Notes: generated by a model not told the origin, from the sequence alone. A stretch of 39,905 bases of DNA from Octopus bimaculoides (GCF_001194135.2 NC_069001.1:36866174-36906078); one strand, 5' to 3'; positions 1 to 11,851 are shown, numbered from the stretch's first letter. Made by a program: numbers and translations.

Positions 1-1168
1 CCACAGAAAAAAAGAGTTTATAATTAAAATTTGTAGCATAAGTTATAATTTAATTTAAACCTTTTTGTACTCATGATTCGTGTATTTTATTCTTTATTAA
101 AAAACAAGTTTCTCTTTTTTTTTTATCAGTTTACTGTCGATTTTCTTTTTAAGTCAGATTTTAAGTTGTTTGCCACGATCTTCCTTTTTGTCCCCATTTC
201 ATTCTTTGCGAGAAAGATATTTTCAGACTGAAACCAAAGATAATGAATCTAACTAGCAAATTAATTAGAATTTTCAAACTTATTTTGTTTACGATTTCAA
301 AGTAGAACTCCTGACTAACCCATGCGTGTTTGCATACACACACACACATGCACGCTGGCATAGCCTGATGGTCAAAAGGTTTCCTTTGCAACCATGAAGT
401 CCTGGCTTTAGTCCCACTGCATGTCAATAGACTCGAGTCAACCCAAACCTCTGCTCTACAGATGTGCCATCTCATCTCTCAGCCTCTTCCACCACTTCTG
501 TAACAAGCACCCTGGGCTGCCAGGTTGTGGTGATGGTATGAAACAAAGGAGTGGATTCACTTTATCACTCCTCGGCAGATCACAGAGAGAGATTTGAACT
601 CATATAATGCAAGGGACCAGAATAAGTACCACAAGGCACCTGGTCCAGTTTGTTAACAATTCCACTACCTTAGCCTAGTATTTTATGTATCGACCCCAGG
701 AGGACAAAAAGCAAAAGCTAACCTTGGTGGGATTTGAACTTAGAATGAAAGAAGCCAAAATATATATACTGCAAAATATTTCATCCAATGCCTTTGACAT
801 GTCTGCCAACTCCCCACCACCATCCCACCTGCTCCTGTATACCTGGTCTGATATTTCTACTACATACATAAAAATTCTGGACTACATCCAAAAGACCACC
901 TCATTGATTGGCAAAAACTTACTTACCAAGATGCACAGCTTCCTCCTCCTCCTCTTCCACCACCACTGCTAAATGACGCTCTATGTGGTCACTCAACCTG
1001 CTTAGAAATAGCAGCCAAATATCCTTCAAACACAACTTACTGTTCTAAAAAGAGGGGATACTTAGTTCAAGGTAGACAAATAAACTACTGTTAAACTTGT
1101 TTGAATTTTCAAAATATTTAGTTTGAACATTCATCTCTCCTGTACAAGATGCCCCTCTGTTGCCAGGG

Positions 1169-1394
1169 TAACCATTTTGACACCAACCCACCTCAGATCA
1201 CCCCTGGTGCTGTGATCCAAATTTTCTGCTTTAAAGTAATCTAAATTAAAACCTTCCATCAAAATGTCATGTTGATTTGTATTCCAAACACCAGCTTAAT
1301 AATGACAAACTTATTTTATTAAATTCTTCCTCTATTTTCCATAATTAATTGAAATAAGAACAGTATTTCAACAGAAATATAACAAAATAGTTAA
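1169..1394 (+). mobile_element. Diverged copy of the TTAA MITE family
   Basis: TTAA at both ends. Shares aaccttccatcaaaatgtcatg, caccagcttaataatg and taaattctt with 21468-21690. Confidence 0.6.
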
Positions 1395-1905
1395 GTGGAT
1401 CCTTCTTTGCTTTTTAAGAATGGCAAACATCTGAACCAGATCTTTGGTTCCCTGCCTGCCAACTTATTAGCTTAAGGATTTTGGTACCAACTTGCTTGAG
1501 ACTGCTCCTAGTTCTTTGATACAAATTTCCTGTTTCCACATTAAATTCTTCATTATTTTCTATAATTATTTGAAATAAAGACAGTGTATTTCAACAGAAA
1601 TATGCTAACTACAGGATTAAGATAGTAATTAGAGATTTGAGGGAGATTTGGCTGCTGTGTCTGTAGATTGTTGTTGAGACCCTTCTTGTTATCAATAAAA
1701 CTGTAAGAAACACAGTAACAAAAGAGTTAACTTCCAACTGCCCTCAGCATTTATTTTTTCAGCTGAGTCGAAAAGAATAATGGGAAATGAAGTCTCCTGC
1801 TCAAAGAGACAATGCTTGATCTGAGAATTGAACCCTGTATTGTGAGCTGAATAACCTAACCACTGGGCCACATGCCATCATTCTTACTCTATGATAATTG
1901 AATGA

Positions 1906-2350
1906 AGGCACATGGCTTAATGGTTTGGGTATTCGGATCGCAGTCGTAAGGTCATGAGTTCAATAATTGGCAAGGTGTCAATGTTAAATAAAGAGACTTG
2001 CTCAAGGACACACCATAGGGCTTTAGTATGACAGTAGTAGTAATTAAGTGAAGGTGCATGACAATCATTAGGTCGTGAGTTTAATTCTTTGGTGATGCAT
2101 TGAGTCCTTGAGCAAGACACTTTATTTCACATTGCTCCAGTCCACTCAGCTGGCAAAAATGAGTTGTACCTGTAATTCAAAGGGGCCAGCCTTCTTCCAT
2201 CCTGTGCCATGCTGAATCTCCCTGATAACTACCTTAAGAGTATATGTGTCTGTGGAGTGCTCAGCCACTTGCATGTTAATTGCATGAACAGGCTGTTTGT
2301 TTGGTTGATCAAATCAACTGGAACATTCATCGTTGCGACTGACAGAACCA
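1906..2350 (+). mobile_element. tRNA-derived SINE, family B (with partial head duplication)
   Basis: ggcacatggcttaatgg...gagttcaa...ccttgagcaagacactttatttcacattgctccagtccactcagctgg...gtaattcaaaggggccagcc...gtggagtgctcagccacttgcatgttaat. The same body occurs at 20613 and 35775. Confidence 0.8.
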
Positions 2351-3216
2351 GTTATGATACTTGAAGAAAACAAGACAGTGCACTTAAGAGCCAACAAACT
2401 TTTGGAAACCAAGAAAATTTTGCTTTGTTTTTTTATTAGTTTTCTTAGTAATCAAGGTTTAAAAACATAGTATTCATAGCTTCAGTAGATTCTGAGATAC
2501 CAGAATGGGTTCTGAAGTATAATCAATTTGGATTTCTTGAGATACCAAAGTGGAGTTGCTAGCTTCTGTACTTTCTGAGACATACCAACCAAAGTGGACG
2601 TAGAAGAAATCAGTTTGGACTCCTTGACTTCTGAGATAGCAGACTGGACACTGAAGTAATCAAGCAAGCAAACAACTCATGAGAAACTGTGGCACTTACT
2701 TTTTGGATGGGTGGGTATATTAGATGTGGTAAGGGTAGGTGGCATTGTGGGGCACACACAAAACAAAATCAGAAAAGCACAATTATTTGGAACTTTACAA
2801 GCAGCATGGGAGAACATAAGAATGTCACAATATTGTGGAATCCATGCCAAGATGAATTACGGCAGTCATTAAAGCCAAAACGAGATCCCACAAAGTATTA
2901 AATTACTTAAAAATAAATTTTTTTGGCATTCATATATTTTTATTATCCTAATTTAGCCATATACCTTAAATGTAATTAATTTTGATGGGTGCTTTATACT
3001 TCTGGCCAAGGCTGTGTATATGTACAAATACACACATGGGTTCGATTCCCTCATGTACTAATATCCATTTTTTTCTTCATGCCCCAATATTAGACTATTT
3101 TCTACAGTCAATATATGATGAAAACTTATAATTAATTATATATACAAAAATTTTCACTCATCACCGTTTCTTAACCTATGCAGAATATGTACTTGGTTAA
3201 TATATATATATATATA

Positions 3217-3804
3217 CAGAGGTTGGACAAAATAATGGAATCACCTAGCATCATAGCATCATAATTTTGAAATTTCTATAAAACCATCAAAAGCTTGTTT
3301 ATTTTTATGTTTTTTTATTTATTATTAGTGTTGCTTAATATGTTTTGCTAAAATTGCTGTTTGTTTTCAGATATCATCAGAAAAAGGTAATTAAGATTCA
3401 TTAAAATGACAGATCTAACAAACTTTCAAAGAGGTCAAATTGTTGGTGTTCATATGGCTGGTGCTAGCGTAATGAAAACAGCCGAAATGTTTGGTGTATC
3501 AAGAAGTACTGTCTCGAAAGTAATGACAGCCATTGAGAAAGAGGGAAAAAACCTCTTCCTTGAAACAAAACTCCAGAAAAAAACCAAAACTTTCAGATGA
3601 GACTGTCGGACTCATACGCAAATTGTTAGAAAGGATCACAAAAGTACAGCTCCCAAAATTACTGCAAAGCTTAATGACCTACTCAAGAACCCAGTTTCCA
3701 CAAAAACTGTTCGTCAGGAACTGTACAAAACCAGATTTCATGGGAGAGCTGCAATCAGAAAACCACTACTTCCAAAAACAAACGTTGCAAAGAATTTAGA
3801 GTGA
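3217..3804 (+). mobile_element. Tc1-family DNA transposon, 5' half, frameshifted transposase fossil
   Basis: TA followed by TIR-like CAGAGGTTGGACAAAATAATGG. Then MTDLTNFQRGQIVGVHMAGASVMKTAEMFGVSRSTVSKVM (paired HTH), and in shifted frames NSRKKPKLS and KDHKSTAPKITAKLNDLLKNPVSTKTVRQELYKTRFHGRAAIRKPLL. No DDE region or right TIR seen. Confidence 0.88.
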
Positions 3805-4664
3805 AAGAAAATGAATACAGAGTGTGCGGCAGAAAAACCTTCCATCTTTTGCAGAGCCATTGTTGTGGCACCAATGAAGTTAAGCGGGTGATAGTGGTGT
3901 CTTCTTAAAGCTAATGTTTTACCATTATGTTTTCATAATGGTTTGGATTGATGCACACTATGTGTTTACTGTTGAAATGTTTATCAAGAATGAATGATGA
4001 ATTTATAAAAAAAATAAATCTGAACAGAAATTACTTTTTATTGTTAGTTTTTTTTTGTTGTTGTTTCCTTTTCATCTTTTTAAATACTAAACATAAATCA
4101 CACATGAATTGTATCAATAAAAATCTGTGTAACTGAAGAAAACACGCATTTCATAAGAATAACATGATGAAAACGTTTAACAAAGAAAGGCCTTCCTGAT
4201 AATTCTTCATTTTTGATTGTTTCTTTGTCTTATCATCATCATTATTATTATTTATCAAATACACAAAAGAAAAAACAAAGCTAAAAATACACTTCACTCT
4301 GAGAAGTGCCAGGGATTGCAAAAATGTACAAAATAAATAAAATAAAAATCATTCTTAGCATATAAATGGATATAACACATTGCTAAAGTTGGCCACCCCC
4401 ATCCAAAGGAAAACAGAAAACGAGAAGACATTTTTAATAGCAAAATCAAATGGAGATTAGGCAAACTGGCAGAACCGTTAGCACGCCAGGGGAAATGCTT
4501 ACTGATATTTCGTCTGTCACTACGTTCTGAGTTCAAACTCCGTCAAGGTTGACTTTGCCCTTCATCATTTTGGGGTCGAGAAATTAAGTACCAGTTGCGT
4601 ACTGGGGTTGATGCTATCGCCACATCCCCTCCTCTAAAATGGCTGCCCTTGTGGCAAAATTTGT

Positions 4665-4990
4665 GTGGTTGTGTAGCTTGATCTCCAACCACTTGGTTTC
4701 AAGTTCAGTCCCACTCAATGGCTCTCTGGGTGTCTTCCACTATAGCCCTGGATCAACCAAAGGCTTGCGAATGAACATGACAGACGGAAACTGAAAGAAG
4801 CCCATTGTATACATGAGTGTGTATGCATTGTTTGTATATCCTTGTGTTGACATTACATGATGGTTGTGAATGAGTGACATCATCATGGAAGTAATGTTGC
4901 TTTGTTTCCAATCTTCCATTAAAACATATCTGGCCAAGGGACAATATTGCTTGGAAACAGGCAAAGTGTTGGAGACACGAACGGCATCCG
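4665..4990 (+). mobile_element. SINE with family A head and a different 3' tail
   Basis: Shares ccaaccac...gttcagtcccac...ctatagccct...ggaaactgaaagaagccc with family A, then diverges after the microsatellite. Confidence 0.65.
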
Positions 4991-5027
4991 ACCATATGTA
5001 ATCATCCCCATAGAGTTCTATCTGATA

Positions 5028-5550
5028 GTGGAGGCATGTGGATTAGTGGTTGGGTTGTTGGACTCCTGATCATAAGATTGTGGTTTCAATTCCTGAACCG
5101 AGCAACACATTGTGTTCTTGAGCAAAACACTCCATTTCACATTGCTCCAGTCCAATCAGCTGGCAAAAAAGGAGTCATCTTGCAACGGACTAGTATCCTG
5201 TTCAAGTGGAGAATTTACATGCCATGGAAACTGGAAAAAACCAGTCCTTATGAATTCACATGACTTCAAAAGGTAACTTTACCTTTTGTGGAGGCATGTG
5301 GCTCAGTGGTTAGAGTGTTAGACTCATGATCATAAGATTGTGGTTTCGATTCCTGGACCGGGTACCGTGTTGTGTTCTTGAGCAAAACACTTCATTTCAC
5401 GTTGCCCCAGTCCACTCAACTGGCGAAAGGGAGTAATCCAGCAATGGACTGGTGTTCCATTCAGGGAGCAATATATGTTGCCATGGAAACCAGGAAACTG
5501 GTCCTCATGAGTCAGAATGAGTCAGGAAGGTGACCTTTACCTTTACCTTT
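5028..5550 (+). mobile_element. Two head-to-tail SINEs with family B head and ACCTTT tail
   Basis: Both units (about 5028-5288 and 5289-5550) begin GTGGAGGCATGTGG, share TTCTTGAGCAAAACACT...CCAGTCCA...GCCATGGAAAC and end in (ACCTTT)n. Confidence 0.82.
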
Positions 5551-6084
5551 TAATTCCATCTGATCCACACAAGCATAGGAAAGTGGAAATTAAAATGCTG
5601 CTGATGATTGATGATTGATGATTGATGATAATGACGATAAAGTGTCATGAGGTTAGTTGAGCTGAACCTATCGTCCATAGTATATCGCAAGAACTCGTAA
5701 TAAGCTGTGTATGATTTATTTCCAAACAAAAGAAACGGAAATGGATTTGGTAGAATTATGAGAACAAACAAAATACCTTGTGGTCTTTAGTCTCAGCTAT
5801 TTATGTTCTAAGTTCAATTCCTTCCAAGGTCGATTTTGCTTTGCTTTGTTTTTGTTGCTTTTTTTTTTCCTTTTTTATTTTATTTTTTCATCATCCTTCT
5901 GGGATGGTCGATAAGATAAAATATCAATCAAGTTGTCAGGTTCTACAACAGGTTCGACATATTCTTACAATGCATCCTGGATGTAAATAGAATTACAAAA
6001 GAGACTAAGACCAAGTCAGCAAAAGTCACATCAAGCATCAATCAAATTCAGAAGAGAGTGGGAACGACTGACTACGCAGAGACA

Positions 6085-6290
6085 TGGACACGTGGTTAAC
6101 AGGCTTGCATCCCAACCACATGGTTTCAGGTTCAGTCTCACACTGCATGGTACACTGGGCAAATGCCTTCAATTACATCCCCTTATATCCCCAGGTTGAT
6201 CAAAGCCTTGTATGTAGATTTTGTAGATGGAAACTCAAAGAAGTCTAGAGTATCAACATACACACACACACACACACATATATATATTTA
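6085..6290 (+). mobile_element. Degenerate SINE family A head
   Basis: gtggttaacaggcttgcatcccaaccacatggtttcaggttcagtc...tttgtagatggaaactcaaagaag followed by (CA)/(TA). Confidence 0.65.
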
Positions 6291-7661
6291 TATATATACA
6301 ATCTCATTTGTGAACCCATCTACCATTTTTCAAAGTTATTTTTGTCACAGAACCTATAACATGATTGCAGACCCCATACCAATATTTTACAGACAATAAC
6401 AAACCCTGACATAAAAAGAAACCAAAAAAATTCTTTTAGAGAGGGAATTTATTCATAAAAAATGAAAAACACATAATAATTTATTTTTATTATTCTGAAA
6501 ATGGTGAATATCTTTTAGCTTTATAATATAAAAATCATTTAAATGTTCATTAAAGTGCTTTGCCTCATGGAACCTCAGATTTTATAAAATGGAACTCAGA
6601 GGTTCATCCGAATCTAATTTGAGAAACGCTGTTCTAAACTGNNNNNNNNNNNNNNNNNNNNNNNNNNNNNNNNNNNNNNNNNNNNNNNNNNNNNNNNNNN
6701 NNNNNNNNNNNNNNNNNNNNNNNNNNNNNNNNNNNNNNNNNNNNNNNNNNNNNNNNNNNNNNNNNNNNNNNNNNNNNNNNNNNNNNNNNNNNNNNNNNNN
6801 NNNNNNNNNNNNNNNNNNNNNNNNNNNNNNNNNNNNNNNNNNNNNNNNNNNNNNNNNNNNNNNNNNNNNNNNNNNNNNNNNNNNNNNNNNNNNNNNNNNN
6901 NNNNNNNNNNNNNNNNNNNNNNNNNNNNNNNNNNNNNNNNNNNNNNNNNNNNNNNNNNNNNNNNNNNNNNNNNNNNNNNNNNNNNNNNNNNNNNNNNNNN
7001 NNNNNNNNNNNNNNNNNNNNNNNNNNNNNNNNNNNNNNNNNNNNNNNNNNNNNNNNNNNNNNNNNNNNNNNNNNNNNNNNNNNNNNNNNNNNNNNNNNNN
7101 NNNNNNNNNNNNNNNNNNNNNNNNNNNNNNNNNNNNNNNNNNNNNNNNNNNNNNNNNNNNNNNNNNNNNNNNNNNNNNNNNNNNNNNNNNNNNNNNNNNN
7201 NNNNNNNNNNNNNNNNNNNNNNNNNNNNNNNNNNNNNNNNNNNNNNNNNNNNNNNNNNNNNNNNNNNNNNNNNNNNNNNNNNNNNNNNNNNNNNNNNNNN
7301 NNNNNNNNNNNNNNNNNNNNNNNNNNNNNNNNNNNNNNNNNNNNNNNNNNNNNNNNNNNNNNNNNNNNNNNNNNNNNNNNNNNNNNNNNNNNNNNNNNNN
7401 NNNNNNNNNNNNNNNNNNNNNNNNNNNNNNNNNNNNNNNNNNNNNNNNNNNNNNNNNNNNNNNNNNNNNNNNNNNNNNNNNNNNNNNNNNNNNNNNNNNN
7501 NNNNNNNNNNNNNNNNNNNNNNNNNNNNNNNNNNNNNNNNNNNNNNNNNNNNNNNNNNNNNNNNNNNNNNNNNNNNNNNNNNNNNNNNNNNNNNNNNNNN
7601 NNNNNNNNNNNNNNNNNNNNNNNGATGCATACATATAAATATGTATATATACATATATATA

Positions 7662-8016
7662 CAGGGTGTTTGTAAAGTAGGGCAACACATCAGCATTTTC
7701 TTTGGGGAGTATTAAAAGACTGGGTATGTGGTCACAATTCGTGTCCGTGAGATTGACACAGAATTGTGGCGAAAGGTGTGCCAACCTGTCAGGTCCCGGA
7801 TTGATCATGGCATTAAAAAAAAAAATGGTGACTGTTTTGAGAATTATCTTCAAGCCTACTTTTGAATCCATGTTTCATAAATTTCTTATTATGATTCTTC
7901 GTTTACTTCACTGATTGTATCCTAATTATATGTGAGTGAAAATTAGCATTCACTGTGTTCAAGTATATATATTTTTTAATGCTCTTGTGCGTTGCGTTAT
8001 TTTTACAAACACCCTA
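7662..8016 (+). mobile_element. Non-autonomous Tc1/mariner deletion derivative (MITE-like)
   Basis: Terminal inverted repeats CAGGGTGTTTGTAAA (7662) and TTTACAAACACCCTA (8002-8016), 14/15 match, with TA on the left. The interior translates FLWGVLKDWV...EIDTELWRKVCQPV...NGDCFE, resembling a transposase C-terminus. Confidence 0.75.
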
Positions 8017-8046
8017 CATGTATGTGTGTATATATATATATATATA

Positions 8047-8087
<41 letters not shown>

Positions 8088-9454
8088 NNNNNNNNNNNNN
8101 NNNNNNNNNNNNNNNNNNNNNNNNNNNNNNNNNNNNNNNNNNNNNNNNNNNNNNNNNNNNNNNNNNNNNNNNNNNNNNNNNNNNNNNNNNNNNNNNNNNN
8201 NNNNNNNNNNNNNNNNNNNNNNNNNNNNNNNNNNNNNNNNNNNNNNNNNNNNNNNNNNNNNNNNNNNNNNNNNNNNNNNNNNNNNNNNNNNNNNNNNNNN
8301 NNNNNNNNNNNNNNNNNNNNNNNNNNNNNNNNNNNNNNNNNNNNNNNNNNNNNNNNNNNNNNNNNNNNNNNNNNNNNNNNNNNNNNNNNNNNNNNNNNNN
8401 NNNNNNNNNNNNNNNNNNNNNNNNNNNNNNNNNNNNNNNNNNNNNNNNNNNNNNNNNNNNNNNNNNNNNNNNNNNNNNNNNNNNNNNNNNNNNNNNNNNN
8501 NNNNNNNNNNNNNNNNNNNNNNNNNNNNNNNNNNNNNNNNNNNNNNNNNNNNNNNNNNNNNNNNNNNNNNNNNNNNNNNNNNNNNNNNNNNNNNNNNNNN
8601 NNNNNNNNNNNNNNNNNNNNNNNNNNNNNNNNNNNNNNNNNNNNNNNNNNNNNNNNNNNNNNNNNNNNNNNNNNNNNNNNNNNNNNNNNNNNNNNNNNAT
8701 ATACATACATGAGGGTGAATCAGAAAGTAATACAATTTCATTACACACACACACACACACATACAAGATCAATTAGAAATTAATGCAACTTTTATTCGCA
8801 TTACTTTTTGAAGATAAGACAAAAAGGCAAATAGCAATTGCCTTACTGTCTAACTCACACTTGTATATGCGATTGTGTGTGTGTGTGTGTGTGTGTGCAT
8901 ACATATATGTATACATAATAGAGGCAAAGGTGCAAAGTAATCTTCATTGACCCACATCTTCCTCACTACACTGCAGGGGCTCTCTTTTTATCCCTCGATG
9001 ACCAGAAGGATAAAGGGCAAAGCAGAATTTGAACCTAGATCTGAGAGACAGCAAAACATTTGAACCAGACAGCAGGAGGCAGAGAGTTCATATAATAATA
9101 GCACCGCCTTTATAAAGAATGAAAGTCAGAATTTTAGCTGTAAGCAAGTATAAACGCATATACACATCCATATATACACACACATGCATGTATATATATA
9201 TTCATGACACACACATACACTCAGTAGTTGTATAAATGGTATGCTTTTTTAAGTTCCATATATTATATACACTGAAGTATCAACTGTAGAATTGAATGCA
9301 AGCATATAAAGCTAAATTTCTTTTCGTGGTACTTAAAAAAAAAACAGGTGTTCAATATACCTGGAGTGTATATAAACATTGTATGAATGCATGTAAATTA
9401 CGATGAAAGTAAACAAACAAAGTTTGCTTTGGAAGTGTTGAGATGTGTTGAAAA

Positions 9455-9626
9455 ATACAGAAATAATTAATTCTCAAATGCAGAATAATACAAACAGAAT
9501 AGCAGAAACAGGGTAAAATATACAGATTATTGCAGAAAAATTTTTCTGCAATAATATGGATATTTTATCATGTTCCTTCAATTCTGTTTGTATTATTCTG
9601 CAGTTGAGAATTAATTATTTCTGTAT
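9455..9626. repeat. 172-bp loopless imperfect palindrome
   Basis: 86-bp arms centred at 9540/9541. By manual alignment the outer 46 bp match 45/46, the middle 25 bp 18/25 and the inner 15 bp 15/15. Confidence 0.95.
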
Positions 9627-10495
9627 CTTTATATATATATANNNNNNNNNNNNNNNNNNNNNNNNNNNNNNNNNNNNNNNNNNNNNNNNNNNNNNNNNNN
9701 NNNNNNNNNNNNNNNNNNNNNNNNNNNNNNNNNNNNNNNNNNNNNNNNNNNNNNNNNNNNNNNNNNNNNNNNNNNNNNNNNNNNNNNNNNNNNNNNNNNN
9801 NNNNNNNNNNNNNNNNNNNNNNNNNNNNNNNNNNNNNNNNNNNNNNNNNNNNNNNNNNNNNNNNNNNNNNNNNNNNNNNNNNNNNNNNNNNNNNNNNNNN
9901 NNNNNNNNNNNNNNNNNNNNNNNNNNNNNNNNNNNNNNNNNNNNNNNNNNNNNNNNNNNNNNNNNNNNNNNNNNNNNNNNNNNNNNNNNNNNNNNNNNNN
10001 NNNNNNNNNNNNNNNNNNNNNNNNNNNNNNNNNNNNNNNNNNNNNNNNNNNNNNNNNNNNNNNNNNNNNNNNNNNNNNNNNNNNNNNNNNNNNNNNNNNN
10101 NNNNNNNNNNNNNNNNNNNNNNNNNNNNNNNNNNNNNNNNNNNNNNNNNNNNNNNNNNNNNNNNNNNNNNNNNNNNNNNNNNNNNNNNNNNNNNNNNNNN
10201 NNNNNNNNNNNNNNNNNNNNNNNNNNNNNNNNNNNNNNNNNNNNNNNNNNNNNNNNNNNNNNNNNNNNNNNNNNNNNNNNNNNNNNNNNNNNNNNNNNNN
10301 NNNNNNNNNNNNNNNNNNNNNNNNNNNNNNNNNNNNNNNNNNNNNNNNNNNNNNNNNNNNNNNNNNNNNNNNNNNNNNNNNNNNNNNNNNNNNNNNNNNN
10401 NNNNNNNNNNNNNNNNNNNNNNNNNNNNNNNNNNNNNNNNNNNNNNNNNNNNNNNNNNNNNNNNNNNNNNNNNNNNNNNNNNNNNNNNNNNNNNN

Positions 10496-10526
<31 letters not shown>

Positions 10527-10577
10527 TATTGGACAAGTTTTGTTAGTAAATTCCCCTTAATTAGAACAGAGAGCAGT

Positions 10578-10841
10578 TTATTTTTTCTTTTTCAGTTCCT
10601 CAAATCGTCTGGTGAGATCATCAAAATCCACATCTTCACCTGATTCTTGTACAGACGCATGGTTACCAATGTCTGGAAGAGTGTTTGAAGGAACAGCTGG
10701 TAAGTCTGGGAACATATCGATTTGCTTTGGTTGGTTAGGTTGGTTGATGACAAAGCCGATGGGTGCTGGTGGGTACTTGTTTTCTGAGGGCTTCGTTGGA
10801 ATTCCAGACGGGACATTTTGATTAGCAGCAGATATCGATGC
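10578..10841 (-). CDS. IST1: IST1 homolog, final coding exon with MIT-interacting motifs
   Basis: TTTTCACAG acceptor. Encodes ASISAANQ...MFPDLPAVPSNTLP (MIM2-like)...DVDFDDLTRRFEELKKKK* (MIM1-like), the characteristic IST1 C-terminus. 264 nt including stop. Confidence 0.93.
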   Translation of the reverse strand, partial: ASISAANQNVPSGIPTKPSENKYPPAPIGFVINQPNQPKQIDMFPDLPAVPSNTLPDIGNHASVQESGEDVDFDDLTRRFEELKKKK

Positions 10842-10879
10842 CTGTGAAAATGGACAATAATATTCCTGTATGGGAAAGT

Positions 10880-11010
10880 GAATTTCACAATGATGATGAT
10901 GATGATGATGATGATGACTATGATGATGATGATGACTATGATGATCATGATGATGATAATGACAATGATGATGATGATGATGATGATGATGACTATGATG
11001 ATGATGATGA
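10880..11010 (+). repeat. Interrupted (GAT)n microsatellite in IST1 intron 2
   Basis: About 40 GAT/GAC units directly visible. Confidence 0.95.
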
Positions 11011-11156
11011 AAATATACATTTAAGTTGCAATGAGAATGAGTTGCTGTGAGATGGAAGGGTGAACTTACTGACCACACGGTCTTAAACCCACATCATAAG
11101 ATACTCACACACACACATACCTATCTACTCATCCATCTTGCAACAAGAATACTTAC

Positions 11157-11628
11157 GGCAGGATAATTGAAAGGAGATCCACAGGATTGAACCGGAGGAA
11201 TCGTCGAGCCACCACCACCGCCACCACCACCACCAGATATGTTTCCGCCTGGCCGACCAAACATTTTGTCATTCTTGTCCATGTCTGGGTTGTTCAAGTC
11301 AAAGTCAATCAAATTGTCTACGGAGCAACCTTCTTCAAACTGTGACATTACTGAAGCATCCGGAACAAACGGTACGTTGTATGTCTTAGCAATCTCAATC
11401 ATGTACCGTTCCACTAGAATTTTAGGCGGTGCCTGCACGCTCAGTTTGTGCATCACTTTCTCGCTGACATTGTTAAGTGCATTTGTTCGACATGCTTGTG
11501 CGAATTCCTTGCCATATTTTGCTCCAAACTGTTCAGAGATCTGTTTGAATTCTTGAATGTCGCTCTGAAGTCGAGGTGTCACCCATATCAGGCTTGCTAT
11601 GGCTTCTTCAAGACCGGAATCCAATTCT
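11157..11628 (-). CDS. IST1: IST1 homolog, coding exon 2
   Basis: TTTCAG acceptor, phase 2 compatible with exon 1 (AA+A = Lys). Encodes ELDSGLEEAIASLIWVTPRLQ...KLSVQAPPKILVERYMIEIAKTYNVPFVPD...NYPA. GTAAGT donor at 11156, phase 0. Confidence 0.95.
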
Positions 11629-11664
11629 CTGAAACAAACAAACAAATCAATAGAAATACATGAC

Positions 11665-11704
<40 letters not shown>

Positions 11705-11851
11705 CAAGAGACACTCAAAATGTCAGGCTTCATTATGCCAATTTTATACTGGGGTGACTTCAGTTATGATTGGCACATAAATATATCCTATANNNNNNNN
11801 NNNNNNNNNNNNNNNNNNNNNNNNNNNNNNNNNNNNNNNNNNNNNNNNNNN

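Noticed and set aside
8709-8812. Mariner TIR-like GAGGGTGAATCAGAAAGTAAT next to a gap
   Set aside because: Only a short partial complement (cattactttttga) lies nearby, and there is no transposase sequence. Too weak to call.
6582-10536. Long ORFs (235-429 aa) in the ORF track
   Set aside because: They consist almost wholly of X from N-gaps plus (TA)n translation. The same applies to ORFs over the gaps at about 26799, 28191, 29614 and 31344.
10592-11050. Poly-Ile, poly-Asp and antisense ORFs over the IST1 last exon and intron 2
   Set aside because: Alternative-frame readings of the (GAT)n microsatellite and antisense shadows of IST1.
11239-11663. Plus-strand ORFs of 105 and 71 aa
   Set aside because: Antisense shadows of IST1 exon 2.
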